Numbered from the stretch's first letter, positions 28,401 to 38,614 are shown. The stretch is 64,000 nucleotides of DNA from an uncultured Nitrospinota bacterium (GCA_963707985.1 CAVPRW010000033.1:1-64000), one strand, 5' to 3'. The notes: generated from the letters alone by a model not told the origin. A program made the numbers and translations.

Positions 28401-29743
28401 AGGTGCTCCTCGATCTGCAGCAGGCTGCCGACCTCGTTGACGTTCTCCAGCCCCTCGAAAATCGTCTCCAGCACGCTGCGCAACGGCTCATCCTCGGGGT
28501 GCACCTGTAAATAGCGCTGTGCGGCGTCGCGCGGCATCGAGGCGTTGGCGGCCACCAGGTTTACACGGCGGGGCGTGAAGTGCTGTGCCCGCTCCTTGGC
28601 TTTCAGGTAAAGGGCGACGGCGGCGATCTGCACAGAGCGCTCGTCGATATCGATGCCGTACAGGTTGCGCTCCAGGATGCTGTGGCAGATGTCGTCTGGC
28701 TCTGTAATGCGCTCCTCTTCCCGGTACATGTCCCACAGCAGGTCGAACGCATAGACCAGGAAGTGGCCGCTGCCGCAGGCGGGGTCGAGGAACGTGAGCT
28801 CAGCCACCGGCCGGACCTCGCTGGAGTGCCGCTCGGCATCTCGAACGAAATACCGCCATTGCTCGGAGAGCTGGGAGTCCGGATGCATCTCCGCCCACAG
28901 CGAGCCCAGCGAGTTCTCGCCCAGGAAGCGGACCATGTAGTCTTCGGTGTAGATACAAGTCGCCGGGATGATGTCCGCCCCCGTGATCTTCTGCCCCCGC
29001 GCCGCCGCCTCGAAGACCCGATCCTTTTCCTCGTCGTTCCAGTATTGGTAGAGCCAGCCGAGCAGGTCGGGCTCACGGAATACGTCATCGGTGAGGCCTT
29101 CGGCCCGGTCACCGGAGCGCTGTGTGAGGTCAACTGTTTCACCCGAGAGGGCGCGCACACACTTCTGGAGTGCATCCGGCGATGGGGCAACCAGGGTCAG
29201 CGGCGAGTCGGGATCGAAAAGCAGCGGCAGCTCTTTCGCCGATTCGGCGCAGACGTCTCGGAGAAAGGCGACCAACCCGCCGTCCTCGCCCTGGCACAAC
29301 TCAGGATACTGTCGGCAGAACCGATCGTGGCGCAGCGAGCGGCCAGCATAGTCCGGCTTGACCTTGATGCTTTCGTCGATGCCGGACACTCGTGTTTCCA
29401 GGCAGCGCAGGGCTATAAGGCGGTTGAACCAGGTATACGCAGCCTCGCGGATGTAGAGTGCGGTTGCCTCTTGCAACGCTTCGCGCGGCGCCTTGCGCTC
29501 GGCCTCGGGCAGCGCCGGAATCAGGGCCGAGATGGCGTTTTCCAGTCTATCCCGTAGCGTCAGCCCATCGTCCTTCAAATGCGGCAGACGATTGCGATCG
29601 AGCCAGTCGCGGTCGCGGAAGATACCGTAGCCGCGCAGCACGAGCTCAAGGTCACCTGGCACCCAGGTGCCGTCATCCCAGTAACCCTCGAGCAGATGCC
29701 GGAAGCCAAGGGTGCTCCGCTTCAGCGCACCGCAATCGCTCAT
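25466..29743 (-). CDS. pglX: BREX N6-adenine DNA methyltransferase PglX/BrxX
   Basis: AYTWFNRLIALR, GWLYQY, DPACGSGHF, NPPY, KRRPIAW, DINDGVRVN. Confidence 0.95.
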   Translation of the reverse strand: MSDCGALKRSTLGFRHLLEGYWDDGTWVPGDLELVLRGYGIFRDRDWLDRNRLPHLKDDGLTLRDRLENAISALIPALPEAERKAPREALQEATALYIREAAYTWFNRLIALRCLETRVSGIDESIKVKPDYAGRSLRHDRFCRQYPELCQGEDGGLVAFLRDVCAESAKELPLLFDPDSPLTLVAPSPDALQKCVRALSGETVDLTQRSGDRAEGLTDDVFREPDLLGWLYQYWNDEEKDRVFEAAARGQKITGADIIPATCIYTEDYMVRFLGENSLGSLWAEMHPDSQLSEQWRYFVRDAERHSSEVRPVAELTFLDPACGSGHFLVYAFDLLWDMYREEERITEPDDICHSILERNLYGIDIDERSVQIAAVALYLKAKERAQHFTPRRVNLVAANASMPRDAAQRYLQVHPEDEPLRSVLETIFEGLENVNEVGSLLQIEEHLDRAIEELRKHEVRRANKQTEQLSLLPLLGLPEPGAQGRLDLDMLPPWQEWKQAVLARLHQQFAREADAKDLSTAIFGAEAEKGLDLIELLSRRYDVVATNPPYMGSKNMGQRLKAYVQRHYAAGKRDLYAAFIQRCLQLARHGGKVAMVTQQSWMFLRSFAELRKGVLEQQTIDCLAHLGPRAFEEISGEVVNVTLFVLAQAPPGPQHRLWAARLIGLGSAREKAAALVRAVQGNALAVVFHPPQERFLSIPHSPLSYWLRDRFFELLAGRVLGDVADVIQGLATTNDPCFVRLTWEVPPREWAYPVHSRRWVPFEKGGGYSKWFGHHFWVVNWENNGIRMKLVTIERYGNAGKRIYNEDYFFKAGYTYSSLARGSLGLRYLSNSLWGAVLADAVAVIPRVTIPAGLGAVLNARLASAAVRWVRPQMVLSASYVSRVPIPECIPSSITTLESACLAFKRWLVARNPVEQTFTTQLINGTSSLAKTFHHGIERGECVAAVLHALEGISEREVFNAYNVTGDDVATVFVETGTPAAWYPLLEGYNAIPPLPDGLDLPTLVLELLDRERCQGVSSDELAMLKARLRALYEAGWGVKPGAREAEDAENTDGEEEDETLALGAHIPIPAETFVENLSQKLEIHPISIYWLLKELREQDKIVCHSELQRNVKDYFTTMILHLLGHRWPKQIEANKPVPEWADPDGIIPLIDGTGERTLLDRVRERIVADFGEARVDAIEQEFRQIMGRSLADWLARDFFPHHVSQFKRRPIAWLLASGRAVDTRWEAASSRRGRPSTRTGGPAFACLVYYHKLTADTLTRIKTHYLRPVLQRREFELAEERRRAAEGNVAARAAAERLAGTVDELKAFEAALDTVNAEGFLSRRLEELLAREEPDQWARRMSKSAIPDKVAFLRQEQAYDPDINDGVRVNIAPLQKYRLLAADVLASIDIERAIEDRAVWRADERRWCREGKLPKPGWWPDRD

Positions 29744-32700
29744 CGCAATTCCACCTCGTCACCATCGGCTAACGCTGTGCGAACCACCGTATCGAGCCGG
29801 TCTCGCACCGCTTCCCAATCTGTCAGGTCGCGAATGCGTCGACTGTCGATGACCTCTGCGATCCTGACCGTCCGCACCCTGCGAACAACTGGCCTGTGTC
29901 CATCGTCCTCGGACGTCGCTTGCGACGTCAGGTGCTCGTCGATCTGCTGGACGAGTCGATCTTCCAAACGCTGTGCGGCGAGGGGCACATGGATCAGGGT
30001 GGCGAGCTCGCGTCGGCACTGGCTACAGCGGTACACGGTCTCCGGGGTCCAACCGCTTACCTCGCTGCAGACCTGCTGTTTGGCGCCCTCGATGATGCTG
30101 GATATGCCTGCATCAGAACCCGCACTGCGACCTGCCGCGTAGCTTTCGAGATGCGTGACGATGCAGCGATAGATGTCGTCTGCTTCCTGATGTAAACGAC
30201 TATAGAGATCCCGAAGGTCGCTCAATGCCGCGACGAGGAGCCCGTGCACTTGTGGCCAATGATCCAAGAGTTCTCTGTCACGGCTACGGCCGTCGTACTC
30301 GGCTAGCGCCGTGCGCATCGCATCCGTGGCCAGCCCTTCGGCGACGGCTGCTTGTAACGCACCTAACACAGACTGGGCGCGCTCATACTCGTCGCGCCGT
30401 TGGGAGGAGAAGAACTCATGCAGTTTGTCCGCCAGCCTCACCCGCTCGCATACGTCGTCCAACCCCGCCAGAAATTGGCGGATGCTGGTGTTCGGTCGGC
30501 GTTCCTCGATGAGCTCTTCAAAGCTGCCTGCGGCCAAGGCGCAGGCCGACGGCACTGGGAACCCGGTGAGCCGCACCCACTCGGCCATAGCATGCAACAA
30601 GGCCAGGCGGTCGTGAAGCTGCTTCTGAAGCGCTTCGGCCAGGGCGGCCGGCGTCTCCTCAGGACGCACCCCGAAGAGCACGTGGAGCTGCTCGCGGGCG
30701 CGCATGCGCTCCTCAACTGAAAGCTCGATATCGGTTTCCAAGTGAAGCTCGGCGCGCTCGAATCTCCGGCTATCAAGAAAGGCCCGCTTCGCCTCCGCCT
30801 CCCTCGAATCGCGGAAATCCTTCTTGTCGAGCGTGAGCACGAGCGCCCCGGCGCGGAAGAGGGCGGCTGCGCACAGTCGGGCGATGTTGGAGTCCCAGCC
30901 GTAGGGGATACCCTCGTAGCGCTCCACCAGCAGCTTACCGGTCACAACGTTGCCCCGACGCGCCTCGGCTTCCAGATAGGCGTAGATGTCGTCAAGGGCA
31001 CGCGAGGCACGGTTGAGCGCACCCTGCTTATCAAAGAGCGCCAGCGGTGCTTCTACCTGGTGCAAGCGCGATGGCGCGGAGATCAGGATCGCCTCGATGG
31101 CCTTGCGCTCGTCGGCGACGACGTGTTTGGCCTTCTGGAAGTGAACGTAGACCTTGGGGATGATGGCCGACAGCTCAGCGCTGAAGAGCCGACTCAGTCG
31201 ATTCTCGCGCTGGTCGACGGCGTGGGCATTACCGCGGAAGATGAATTGACCTTGCCGAAAGCCATTCTTAAGTTCTTTGACGAGCTCGGGCTTGAGGCTC
31301 TCGTCGAGGTCTCGCCGCTTCTCCCGGACGATGCCCTCCATTTCCGTGCTCTTCGTGGTGTCGGCCTCGTAGCGCTTGACCACTCGCTCCAGCCGCTCGA
31401 CTCGATCAAGCAGCCGTTCGATCTCGCTCGACGGCGGCGCCAGCCAGTAGAGGGTGTTGGGTGTCGCCAGGCTTTCGGCTTCGAGGTCTTCGACGCGGAT
31501 GCCGTCCAGCAGCGCCTTCAGCGGCGAGATCATGCGGACCTCGATGCCGCCGCTGGAGACCACGACCTGGTCGTCGCAGAGGACCCGGACATCGAAGCGA
31601 TACGCGTCCTCGTAGCGGACGAACCCGACTTCAAGGTTGGCGGCGGTCAGAAATTCTTTCAGCTTGTCGCGCTTGTGAGCCGTACGGACGTCCTCGTCGG
31701 CGATCTCCTCTTCGATTCGTTTGCGCTCACCTGAAAGGTATTCGTACTGCTCTCCCGTCTTCGCGACATAGCGCGCCCCGATGAGCTGCTGCAGGCCGGC
31801 TTCAACCTGGCTGCGCAAGGCAGGGAAGTCCACCTCGACCCCAGACACCAGTAGGCGGGCGAGGTTGTCGAGCGTGCGCGGCGCGTACGTCACGTGTTGC
31901 AGAAGGTAGAGCACCCGGAGGATGCGTGCCAAGGGGAGAACCTGGTCCGGTACCCGTTCGACAACGCTGCTCAGCTCGCGCCGCACCTCGCTTGGGATCT
32001 CCGAATCCTCGATCTCGGCATAGATCTCGTCCAAGGATACCAGGCGGCCGACTTCGGCCTGTGCGTAGCCTTGATGCTTGAGGATTCCCTGGGTGATCCC
32101 GAGCAGGGACCGGTGGGCGCCGGTCAGAGCCTCGCCCCGGCCGCCGGCCACCCGCAGGCCATGCAGCGCGTCCGGGATGAGCATGAGCTGGTACGGTACG
32201 AACGGGTAGCAGGCGATGAACTTGCCCTCGTCGCAGGCCGGGAGGGCACGGTCCACCTTGACCAACTCTCCCACATCTTTCAGGATGCCGCCCCGTTGCC
32301 GGTAGAGTTCGCGGAGCTCGTCTTCCCCAGCCTTCGCTTTCTTGAAGAGTCGCTCCTCGAGCACCTGCTCGATGTTCTCCGTCGTCAGCGTGTATCGCTT
32401 GGCGAAACGACCTTCGAGTTTTTTAATATCGCCCCGGAACTCGCGCGCGTTCTTGACGACATCGTGCATCGCTTCGTGACTCGTCACCGCAAGCCATATC
32501 CTGCCTTTGCCGTGGGTGGCGATCTCCTCGGCGAACGACTGGACGTCGAGGATGCGCGGCCCGCTGTCGGCCACGAACTGGCCTAACTCATCGATGATGA
32601 AGAGCAGCCGTACCTCCCGATCGCGGTGCTGCGCCTGCTGGCGGGCCACATAGGCCACAAGATCCTTTGCCAACTGCTGGAAGGTGGGCTGAACACTGGT

Positions 32701-33399
32701 TCGGTCATAGGCATCCTGCGCCGCTGCGGCATTCTTGAAGCGATCCGGCAGCGTCCGGGCCAGGGCCGCGAAGATCTCGTCCCAGTAGAGCATCGGCCGT
32801 TGGCGGATGTCTTCCCATGGCTTTCCCGCCAATTCGTGCACCGCCTGGCGGTAGACGTCGACGGCACCACGCTCGATCAGCGGCTCCTCGATCAGTAAGG
32901 CAATTTTCACATCTGTTGACAGGCCACGATGGGCCAGGAACTGGCGGTAGAGGATATTGCAGATGTCGTCCTGCTGCCCTTTGATCGCCACCGCATCGAT
33001 CTGGAACCCGATGACCTCGGTGTGCAGGAAGGTGGCTACTTCATAGAGGTGGCGCTCAATCTCTCGCGCCTGTCGACAGGTGGCGAGGCGGGGACGGAAG
33101 CGGTCGATCGCCGAGCGGCCCACGACCTGCGGGTTGCCCGTCAGCAGGCCAAGCAGCTTGGCAAAGTGCGATTTCCCCGACCCCACATAGCCGGAAATCC
33201 ACACGCCCACCCGGTCCGTCTGCTTCTGGCGCGTCTCGGTGTAGTGGTCGAGAAAGTCCAGGAGACCTTTCTCGATGATATCGGTGACGACGTAATCCTC
33301 CAACTCATTCTGCAGCTCGGCCTCGGTGTAATCGGCGACCTTGATGACGGGGTTGATATCGCGCCCGATGTCGGCCAGAAACAGTGGTCCCACCTTCAT
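29740..33399 (-). CDS. brxC: BREX P-loop ATPase BrxC (PglY family)
   Basis: DINPVIKV, GVWISGYVGSGKSH, IIDELGQF, YPFVPYQ, PYGW; 1219 aa. Confidence 0.95.
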   Translation of the reverse strand: MKVGPLFLADIGRDINPVIKVADYTEAELQNELEDYVVTDIIEKGLLDFLDHYTETRQKQTDRVGVWISGYVGSGKSHFAKLLGLLTGNPQVVGRSAIDRFRPRLATCRQAREIERHLYEVATFLHTEVIGFQIDAVAIKGQQDDICNILYRQFLAHRGLSTDVKIALLIEEPLIERGAVDVYRQAVHELAGKPWEDIRQRPMLYWDEIFAALARTLPDRFKNAAAAQDAYDRTSVQPTFQQLAKDLVAYVARQQAQHRDREVRLLFIIDELGQFVADSGPRILDVQSFAEEIATHGKGRIWLAVTSHEAMHDVVKNAREFRGDIKKLEGRFAKRYTLTTENIEQVLEERLFKKAKAGEDELRELYRQRGGILKDVGELVKVDRALPACDEGKFIACYPFVPYQLMLIPDALHGLRVAGGRGEALTGAHRSLLGITQGILKHQGYAQAEVGRLVSLDEIYAEIEDSEIPSEVRRELSSVVERVPDQVLPLARILRVLYLLQHVTYAPRTLDNLARLLVSGVEVDFPALRSQVEAGLQQLIGARYVAKTGEQYEYLSGERKRIEEEIADEDVRTAHKRDKLKEFLTAANLEVGFVRYEDAYRFDVRVLCDDQVVVSSGGIEVRMISPLKALLDGIRVEDLEAESLATPNTLYWLAPPSSEIERLLDRVERLERVVKRYEADTTKSTEMEGIVREKRRDLDESLKPELVKELKNGFRQGQFIFRGNAHAVDQRENRLSRLFSAELSAIIPKVYVHFQKAKHVVADERKAIEAILISAPSRLHQVEAPLALFDKQGALNRASRALDDIYAYLEAEARRGNVVTGKLLVERYEGIPYGWDSNIARLCAAALFRAGALVLTLDKKDFRDSREAEAKRAFLDSRRFERAELHLETDIELSVEERMRAREQLHVLFGVRPEETPAALAEALQKQLHDRLALLHAMAEWVRLTGFPVPSACALAAGSFEELIEERRPNTSIRQFLAGLDDVCERVRLADKLHEFFSSQRRDEYERAQSVLGALQAAVAEGLATDAMRTALAEYDGRSRDRELLDHWPQVHGLLVAALSDLRDLYSRLHQEADDIYRCIVTHLESYAAGRSAGSDAGISSIIEGAKQQVCSEVSGWTPETVYRCSQCRRELATLIHVPLAAQRLEDRLVQQIDEHLTSQATSEDDGHRPVVRRVRTVRIAEVIDSRRIRDLTDWEAVRDRLDTVVRTALADGDEVELR

Positions 33400-33425
33400 C
33401 GCGGTTTCTCCAGGAGTGCTTCCGC

Positions 33426-33983
33426 TTAGAGATATGTTCCCCGGTAGCGGCGCGCCTTCTCACTGCCGAGGAAGAGGTAATCACCACCGTTGTCATCTTC
33501 CCCTGGCACCAGAAACACAACCGGCACGTGCACGTGTCGTCCTGCCAGGCGCTCCTGGATAATCGGCGGCAGGATGAACGGATGGAGCGCTCCCATACGT
33601 GTGAACACGATCACTCCCGATCCGGTCATCTGCTGTTGAGCGGTGATCACCCGCTCCACCAGCGCCTCGGCCAGCGGCTCGCCGATACCGAACTCTTGCA
33701 GAGATCCGGGCTGACGCTTCTCCGCCCGGATGGCGCGCTGGAGCTCCCCAGTGTGGTGCAGGTAGTCGAGCAAGACCTGATTACAGTCGATCACCTCAAC
33801 CTGCCGGCCTTCGGCTCGAAGCTTGGCCACGAGCGAGCTCATCTCACGGCGAACTCGTAGCTCCTCGCCTGGTGGATAGAGCATGAGCAGAAACGGCACG
33901 CCAACACCGCGCCCGATGTGCTCATGGCCGGTCAGCAATCGATGCTCAAGTTCGGAGAGTTTCTTGTCCAAGGCGTCGGGCAT
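33426..33983 (-). CDS. brxB: BREX protein BrxB (DUF1788)
   Basis: PFLLMLYPPGEE, LHPF, PVVFLVPG, YRG; position between brxA and brxC. Confidence 0.88.
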   Translation of the reverse strand: MPDALDKKLSELEHRLLTGHEHIGRGVGVPFLLMLYPPGEELRVRREMSSLVAKLRAEGRQVEVIDCNQVLLDYLHHTGELQRAIRAEKRQPGSLQEFGIGEPLAEALVERVITAQQQMTGSGVIVFTRMGALHPFILPPIIQERLAGRHVHVPVVFLVPGEDDNGGDYLFLGSEKARRYRGTYL

Positions 33984-34836
33984 AGGCGTCGAAGGGCTCT
34001 TCCCCCAGGTCCAACACAGCGATGTCCCCACTCCATTCAAAGCGAAGCACACCGCTTTGGCTCAGCTTTGCCAGACGGGCACCGACCTCTTGCCGTGTGA
34101 GGCCCCACAGCCGGAAGTCCGGCGCTTCGAGGATTCCTTTAGCTGACTTTCCTTCGGCCGAGAGGAACTTGCACACGTACACCAGGAGTTCGTCCGCCAG
34201 CGGGGGCTGCACTAGTCGCTTCTTCGAGCCACCGGCAAGGCGGCCAAAGTCACGCAAGGCAGAGAGCACGCTGCTGGCAAGCTTCTGCAGTGTTCTTCCT
34301 GACCAGCCATCCACCTCTGGATGTGCAGCGATCCCCGCCCTGATGTAAGACTCCACCTCCGCCACGTTGATGATGCCTCTGCCCTGTTGCTGGAGGGTCC
34401 ACAGGAGGTCAGTGGCGATGTCAAACGTCAATCGGTCCGCCAGGCAGAAGTGGAAATACAGTGCACCCCGCAAGACGGGATCATCGGCTCCCAGACACGA
34501 CAGGGCTGCAAGCGCGCTGGCCAGCGCACTCTCAGGCGGTGTCAGGAAGCGCCAGGAGATCAGGCTCCAATATCGGCGGCGAGCTTCCCTGGTACGCTTG
34601 CCGAGGAGATCTTTTTCCCGGATGGCTTGCTGAAGCTCATCCAGGGAATGCCCAGCATCTAGAAACTGCAGACATTTCACGGACTCAAGGAGTAGGGCAC
34701 CCTTGGAGGAGTTCCGCGAACTCCACCGCACCAGTTCACGTCCCAGAGGTGAACGGTCTGAAGCGGATAGCGCCACATCATCTGAGCTACCTTCAGCCGG
34801 GAGTGATTGCACCGTCTGAGTGTCTGCCGACGTCAT
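33946..34836 (-). CDS. brxA: BREX protein BrxA (DUF1819)
   Basis: SKGALL, WSGRTLQKLASSVLSALRDFG; first core gene of the locus. Confidence 0.85.
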   Translation of the reverse strand: MTSADTQTVQSLPAEGSSDDVALSASDRSPLGRELVRWSSRNSSKGALLLESVKCLQFLDAGHSLDELQQAIREKDLLGKRTREARRRYWSLISWRFLTPPESALASALAALSCLGADDPVLRGALYFHFCLADRLTFDIATDLLWTLQQQGRGIINVAEVESYIRAGIAAHPEVDGWSGRTLQKLASSVLSALRDFGRLAGGSKKRLVQPPLADELLVYVCKFLSAEGKSAKGILEAPDFRLWGLTRQEVGARLAKLSQSGVLRFEWSGDIAVLDLGEEPFDAYARRLGQETLRT

Positions 34837-35084
34837 GACTCGCCTCTGCCCATCTCATTCACTGTCATGCCTTGATCGATGTCGCTTCCTCCCTTTAGAG
34901 CGTCGCCACTGACTGGGATCAGCAGTGCTTCGACGTCCTCCACCTTGATGCGAATGACTTTCTCACCAGCAACCCGGTATGCCTTCAGCTTGCCCTCGGT
35001 GATATAGCGGTGAATGGTTCGCTTCGAGAGCGCGAGAAGCGTCGCCGTTTCTCTAATCGTCAAATACGGACGCGGTGAATTCAT
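34833..35084 (-). CDS. Excisionase-family (HTH_17) DNA-binding protein heading the BREX operon
   Basis: YLTIRETATLLALSKRTIHRYITEGKLKAYRV...IRI; ATGA overlap with brxA. Confidence 0.88.
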   Translation of the reverse strand: MNSPRPYLTIRETATLLALSKRTIHRYITEGKLKAYRVAGEKVIRIKVEDVEALLIPVSGDALKGGSDIDQGMTVNEMGRGES

Positions 35085-35125
35085 GGCTGCTCCAGCGATA
35101 CGAAAGCTAAATGAGACGCACCCAT

Positions 35126-35152
35126 ATTATACTAGCCGTTCACAGATGGCAA
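35126..35152 (-). promoter_or_regulatory. Candidate BREX operon promoter
   Basis: TTGCCA-15 nt-TATAAT on the minus strand; spacer is short. Confidence 0.45.
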
Positions 35153-35414
35153 CGTAGTTCATCATACTGCAGCCTATGTCTAGAGCAGGGCTCGTACAGG
35201 CATATGACTGCTACCACAGCGTATAATCTGAGAAGGTCCGGATTCTCAGAAGCTGATCGGAGCATGTGCATGAAGTGGGGGTCAGGAGATGACCGGGCCG
35301 CGGAAATCTTTGACTTGGGCCAAGGATTCGGCAACAGAGATAAGCGGCCAGGGCAGTAGTTCCAAGCAACCGTGGAAAGGCTACGGCGGCTCGTGGCACA
35401 CTGCGGTCGCTTTT

Positions 35415-37697
35415 TTAGGCCAGGCCGGCGCGGCGACGCACGAACCACTCGAGGCCAAAGAGCCCCACCAAGACGAGAAAAGCGCTCGGCGTGTGGCGCA
35501 ACTGGAGGGCGCGCTCTTCGACAATCTTGTATTGCAGATCACGCTTCAGGATATCTCGTAAGACGGCGCCGAAATCGGCGTCGACTGCCGACGCTGCGAA
35601 AAACTGTCCACCACTGGCCCCTGCAAGTTGCCGTAGCATCTCATGATCGGGTGCCCCATGCAGAGACTCGGCGGTGGGCGAGGTCACATCATAGATCAGC
35701 ACGTCCTCCCCCAAGTGCCTGTCGGCCAGTCGCGCGTCCACCTCTACACGAAAAGCGCCAAGCTGCTCGGCTTTGAGGCTGGCTTGAAATTCCCCTGGCT
35801 CATCCGTTGGTACGGTATTGACGCGTGTCATCTGCCCGAGTGGATCGCGAACGGTGAGGTTCAGCACAGCACCAGGTGCTGGCGAAAAATCATGGTCAAG
35901 GACTCTCACGCGCAGGGCCACCGCATCGCCGACTTGATAGGTCTCCTTATCGGAGAACAGCTGCACGGGACGCAGGCCAGGCTCCTTGACCAACCAGCGC
36001 ACCATCTGGTGCACCATGTTCAGGTAATGATGATTTCCGCCCTGGGCGCCAACCATCTCGAAATTCCAGCGCCACAACTGGTCGCTTAAGAACGCCAGGG
36101 TTCTCCCCTCACCATATTGCATGGCCGCCATCAGCGGCAGTCGATTGAACTGCCCATCGGATGTCACACCCAGGGTAACGGCATCTGGTTTCGGACGACG
36201 TGCTTGGTTAAAGCCGCGTAGAGGAGGCATTTCTTGCCAAATGCGTTGGGTATCCTCGGTGCTGGACGCCAGTTTCGTAATGGGATGTTGTAACCCCTCC
36301 GGCGTGAGCTCCATTTTGACACGTGCATGCACATAGCCTTGTCCTGCCCGGTCCAGGGCGATGGGAAGAATTTCCTCGATGGGCGTATTGGCAAACCCCC
36401 CGAGATCGAATGATTGGTCGCCGCCAAACATCACGAATGCCCCACCGTCGGTCACGAACTTGCGGATATTCTCCAGGTAGAGCATCGGGAAATAGAGCAG
36501 ATAGGAGAAATTGTCAAAGATCAGCAGGTCGAAATTTCCAAGCTCTTCCGTAAACAGGCGATTCGTCGGAAAGGGGATGAGACTCAGTTGGTCATCCGGG
36601 ACATTCACGATATCCGTCGGGGTGCGGAGGATGATGAAGGAGATGAGGTCGACGCTCGGATCGGACTTCAAGGCGCGCCGGAGGAAGCGATAATTCCAAC
36701 TCGGTCGACCTGAGACCACCAGCACCCGAATCTTGTCGCGCCGTACCTGGAGTTGAAAATCGCGCTGGTTGTTCGTACGCAGCACTTCGCCCACCTGCAC
36801 CGGTGTTTCGACGGATAAGCGATAGCGTCCCACTTCCTTAGGGGTCATGGTAAACGTCACCCGCCGCGTGCCGCGATCTGCATCGAGTACCACGCTGCTG
36901 GTCGACAGAATGCGCCCCTCCTGCTTCAGGACCAGCGGGATGACCTGACCTTTATAACCCCAGCTCTTGACCGTGACCTCGATATCCACGGAGCTATGCA
37001 GAAAAGCGAAGTTCGGCGCCTCGATCGCGGCAATTTGGATATCGCGGTAGCGCTCGGGATCGCCCAAGCCTATGGTGACCACCGGGGTGCCTCCATGGCG
37101 TACGGCGTCCACTTCAGCGCTACCAGCGGTGACGATGCCATCGCTCATCACCACGATCCCAGCCAGCGGCGTGCCCTGGTATTCCTGCTCTACATCCAGC
37201 ACGCTTTGCACAATGTCCGTCGCGCGTCCATCGGGCGTGAGCGCGGCCAAGTCCTCATGACTGACGGCATGAGCGTGCTCATCAAAGCGATACAAGCGCA
37301 GGTCAAAATCTCGAGCCAGCGATTCCATGAGCGGGCGACTGCCCTGGAGCAAGACGTTCTTCCCCTGTTGTAGACGGGTACTGTCCTTGCTATCTGGCAC
37401 GGGTAGGCTCGTGCTTTCCGAACTATCAACCAACACCGCCAGCGGGACCATGATTTTCTGCAATGTTTGCAGCAAAACCGTCGGATTGGTCAGGAAGGCG
37501 ACGATGAGCACAAATGCCAGCAAGCGCAGCCCGGTCACAGTGAGCGCGACCCATGTCGGGGCCTTGCCGCGTAGATACCATATTTGGTACCCGAGGTAGG
37601 CTCCCAACAGCAGCCCAATCAGGACGAGCTGCCACACTGGAAGGCCATTGGCAAAGGTAAACCGCAACTGCGTTGTCAACTCCGGCACAGCGATCAA
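35415..37697 (-). CDS. Membrane protein with VWA-like, Ig-like and GATase1-like domains
   Basis: N- and C-terminal TM helices; VLVDSSES, MSDG, GRPSWNYRFLRR, LSLIPFP, GLEWFVRRR. Confidence 0.8.
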   Translation of the reverse strand: MIAVPELTTQLRFTFANGLPVWQLVLIGLLLGAYLGYQIWYLRGKAPTWVALTVTGLRLLAFVLIVAFLTNPTVLLQTLQKIMVPLAVLVDSSESTSLPVPDSKDSTRLQQGKNVLLQGSRPLMESLARDFDLRLYRFDEHAHAVSHEDLAALTPDGRATDIVQSVLDVEQEYQGTPLAGIVVMSDGIVTAGSAEVDAVRHGGTPVVTIGLGDPERYRDIQIAAIEAPNFAFLHSSVDIEVTVKSWGYKGQVIPLVLKQEGRILSTSSVVLDADRGTRRVTFTMTPKEVGRYRLSVETPVQVGEVLRTNNQRDFQLQVRRDKIRVLVVSGRPSWNYRFLRRALKSDPSVDLISFIILRTPTDIVNVPDDQLSLIPFPTNRLFTEELGNFDLLIFDNFSYLLYFPMLYLENIRKFVTDGGAFVMFGGDQSFDLGGFANTPIEEILPIALDRAGQGYVHARVKMELTPEGLQHPITKLASSTEDTQRIWQEMPPLRGFNQARRPKPDAVTLGVTSDGQFNRLPLMAAMQYGEGRTLAFLSDQLWRWNFEMVGAQGGNHHYLNMVHQMVRWLVKEPGLRPVQLFSDKETYQVGDAVALRVRVLDHDFSPAPGAVLNLTVRDPLGQMTRVNTVPTDEPGEFQASLKAEQLGAFRVEVDARLADRHLGEDVLIYDVTSPTAESLHGAPDHEMLRQLAGASGGQFFAASAVDADFGAVLRDILKRDLQYKIVEERALQLRHTPSAFLVLVGLFGLEWFVRRRAGLA

Positions 37698-37803
37698 CTC
37701 CTATAATGGCTAGCAAGCCATCGCGGAAAACAGTGTTGGGTGTGGAGAGCTGAGCATTCAATGGACCGCAACGATTGATGAACCAGAGCTCAGGACTGGG
37801 TTT

Positions 37804-38592
37804 TCACCCTAACTTACGATTGATAAATGGAATATGAATCTTATCTTTTTTGTAGTTTTCAGTCATGGCGTACATGACGATGTTGACCCCCAGCATTAAA
37901 CTCTGAAACCGTTGGGATTCGCCGCCGGGCAAACATTCATGCCGCCAATTCCCGAGATGATCTCGCTCCCAAGCCCCGCCCAAATCGTTCTGGCAATAGA
38001 TGAGCGGTGTCCAGTCGTCGATCGTCACCCCCTCAAGGGATGGACTCACCAGGCGCCGACCGGACACCATTCGAACCAGGTAGTATGACCGGAATACCGC
38101 GTGGTCAAAGGGAAGTCGTTCGAGAGCCTGGTCCGGGAACAGACGCGGCACCTCCTCACGAATCCGGCGTTCGAAGGCGCTGCCGCGATAGCCGCTGGCG
38201 TCGTTGACCAGCATACAGCCGCCAAAGCTCAAGAAGCGCCGCAACACGGCGATTTCCTCTTCTGTGAAGGGTGTGAAGTCGAGAGCACCAGTAAGATAGA
38301 GGAACGGATAGGCAAACAGGTCCGGATCGGTCACCGTCAAGGTATGACGCTGGAATGAGACCACGATGCTGGTACGCCGCTCTACTTCCTTCAGGAGTTC
38401 GACTGATGCGGAGGGATGAGGGTCCCAGTCCCCACCCCTATACTGGACTTGCGCGAAGACAAATGGACCCGACGGCTCTTCCGTCCGCGTACCTCCCATC
38501 TCGAAGCGCATGCCCGCCTGGGCTGGGGAGCACAACAGCACGCTTCCTGCCGCCATGGCCAGTTGTCCGACGAATTGCCTGCGTGTCATCAT
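37804..38592 (-). CDS. DUF4159 family protein with Tat-like signal
   Basis: TRRQFV leader; YPFLYLTG, NDLGGAW, GVNIVMYAMTENYKKD. Confidence 0.85.
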   Translation of the reverse strand: MMTRRQFVGQLAMAAGSVLLCSPAQAGMRFEMGGTRTEEPSGPFVFAQVQYRGGDWDPHPSASVELLKEVERRTSIVVSFQRHTLTVTDPDLFAYPFLYLTGALDFTPFTEEEIAVLRRFLSFGGCMLVNDASGYRGSAFERRIREEVPRLFPDQALERLPFDHAVFRSYYLVRMVSGRRLVSPSLEGVTIDDWTPLIYCQNDLGGAWERDHLGNWRHECLPGGESQRFQSLMLGVNIVMYAMTENYKKDKIHIPFINRKLG

Positions 38593-38614
38593 GCCAACGA
38601 CCCTCCTTCCGGTC

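Noticed and set aside
25466..29743. pglX shufflon or invertible specificity domain
   Set aside because: No second pglX fragment, flanking inverted repeats or recombinase seen
28580..31734. Long plus-strand ORFs of 325 and 330 aa
   Set aside because: Antisense shadows of pglX and brxC
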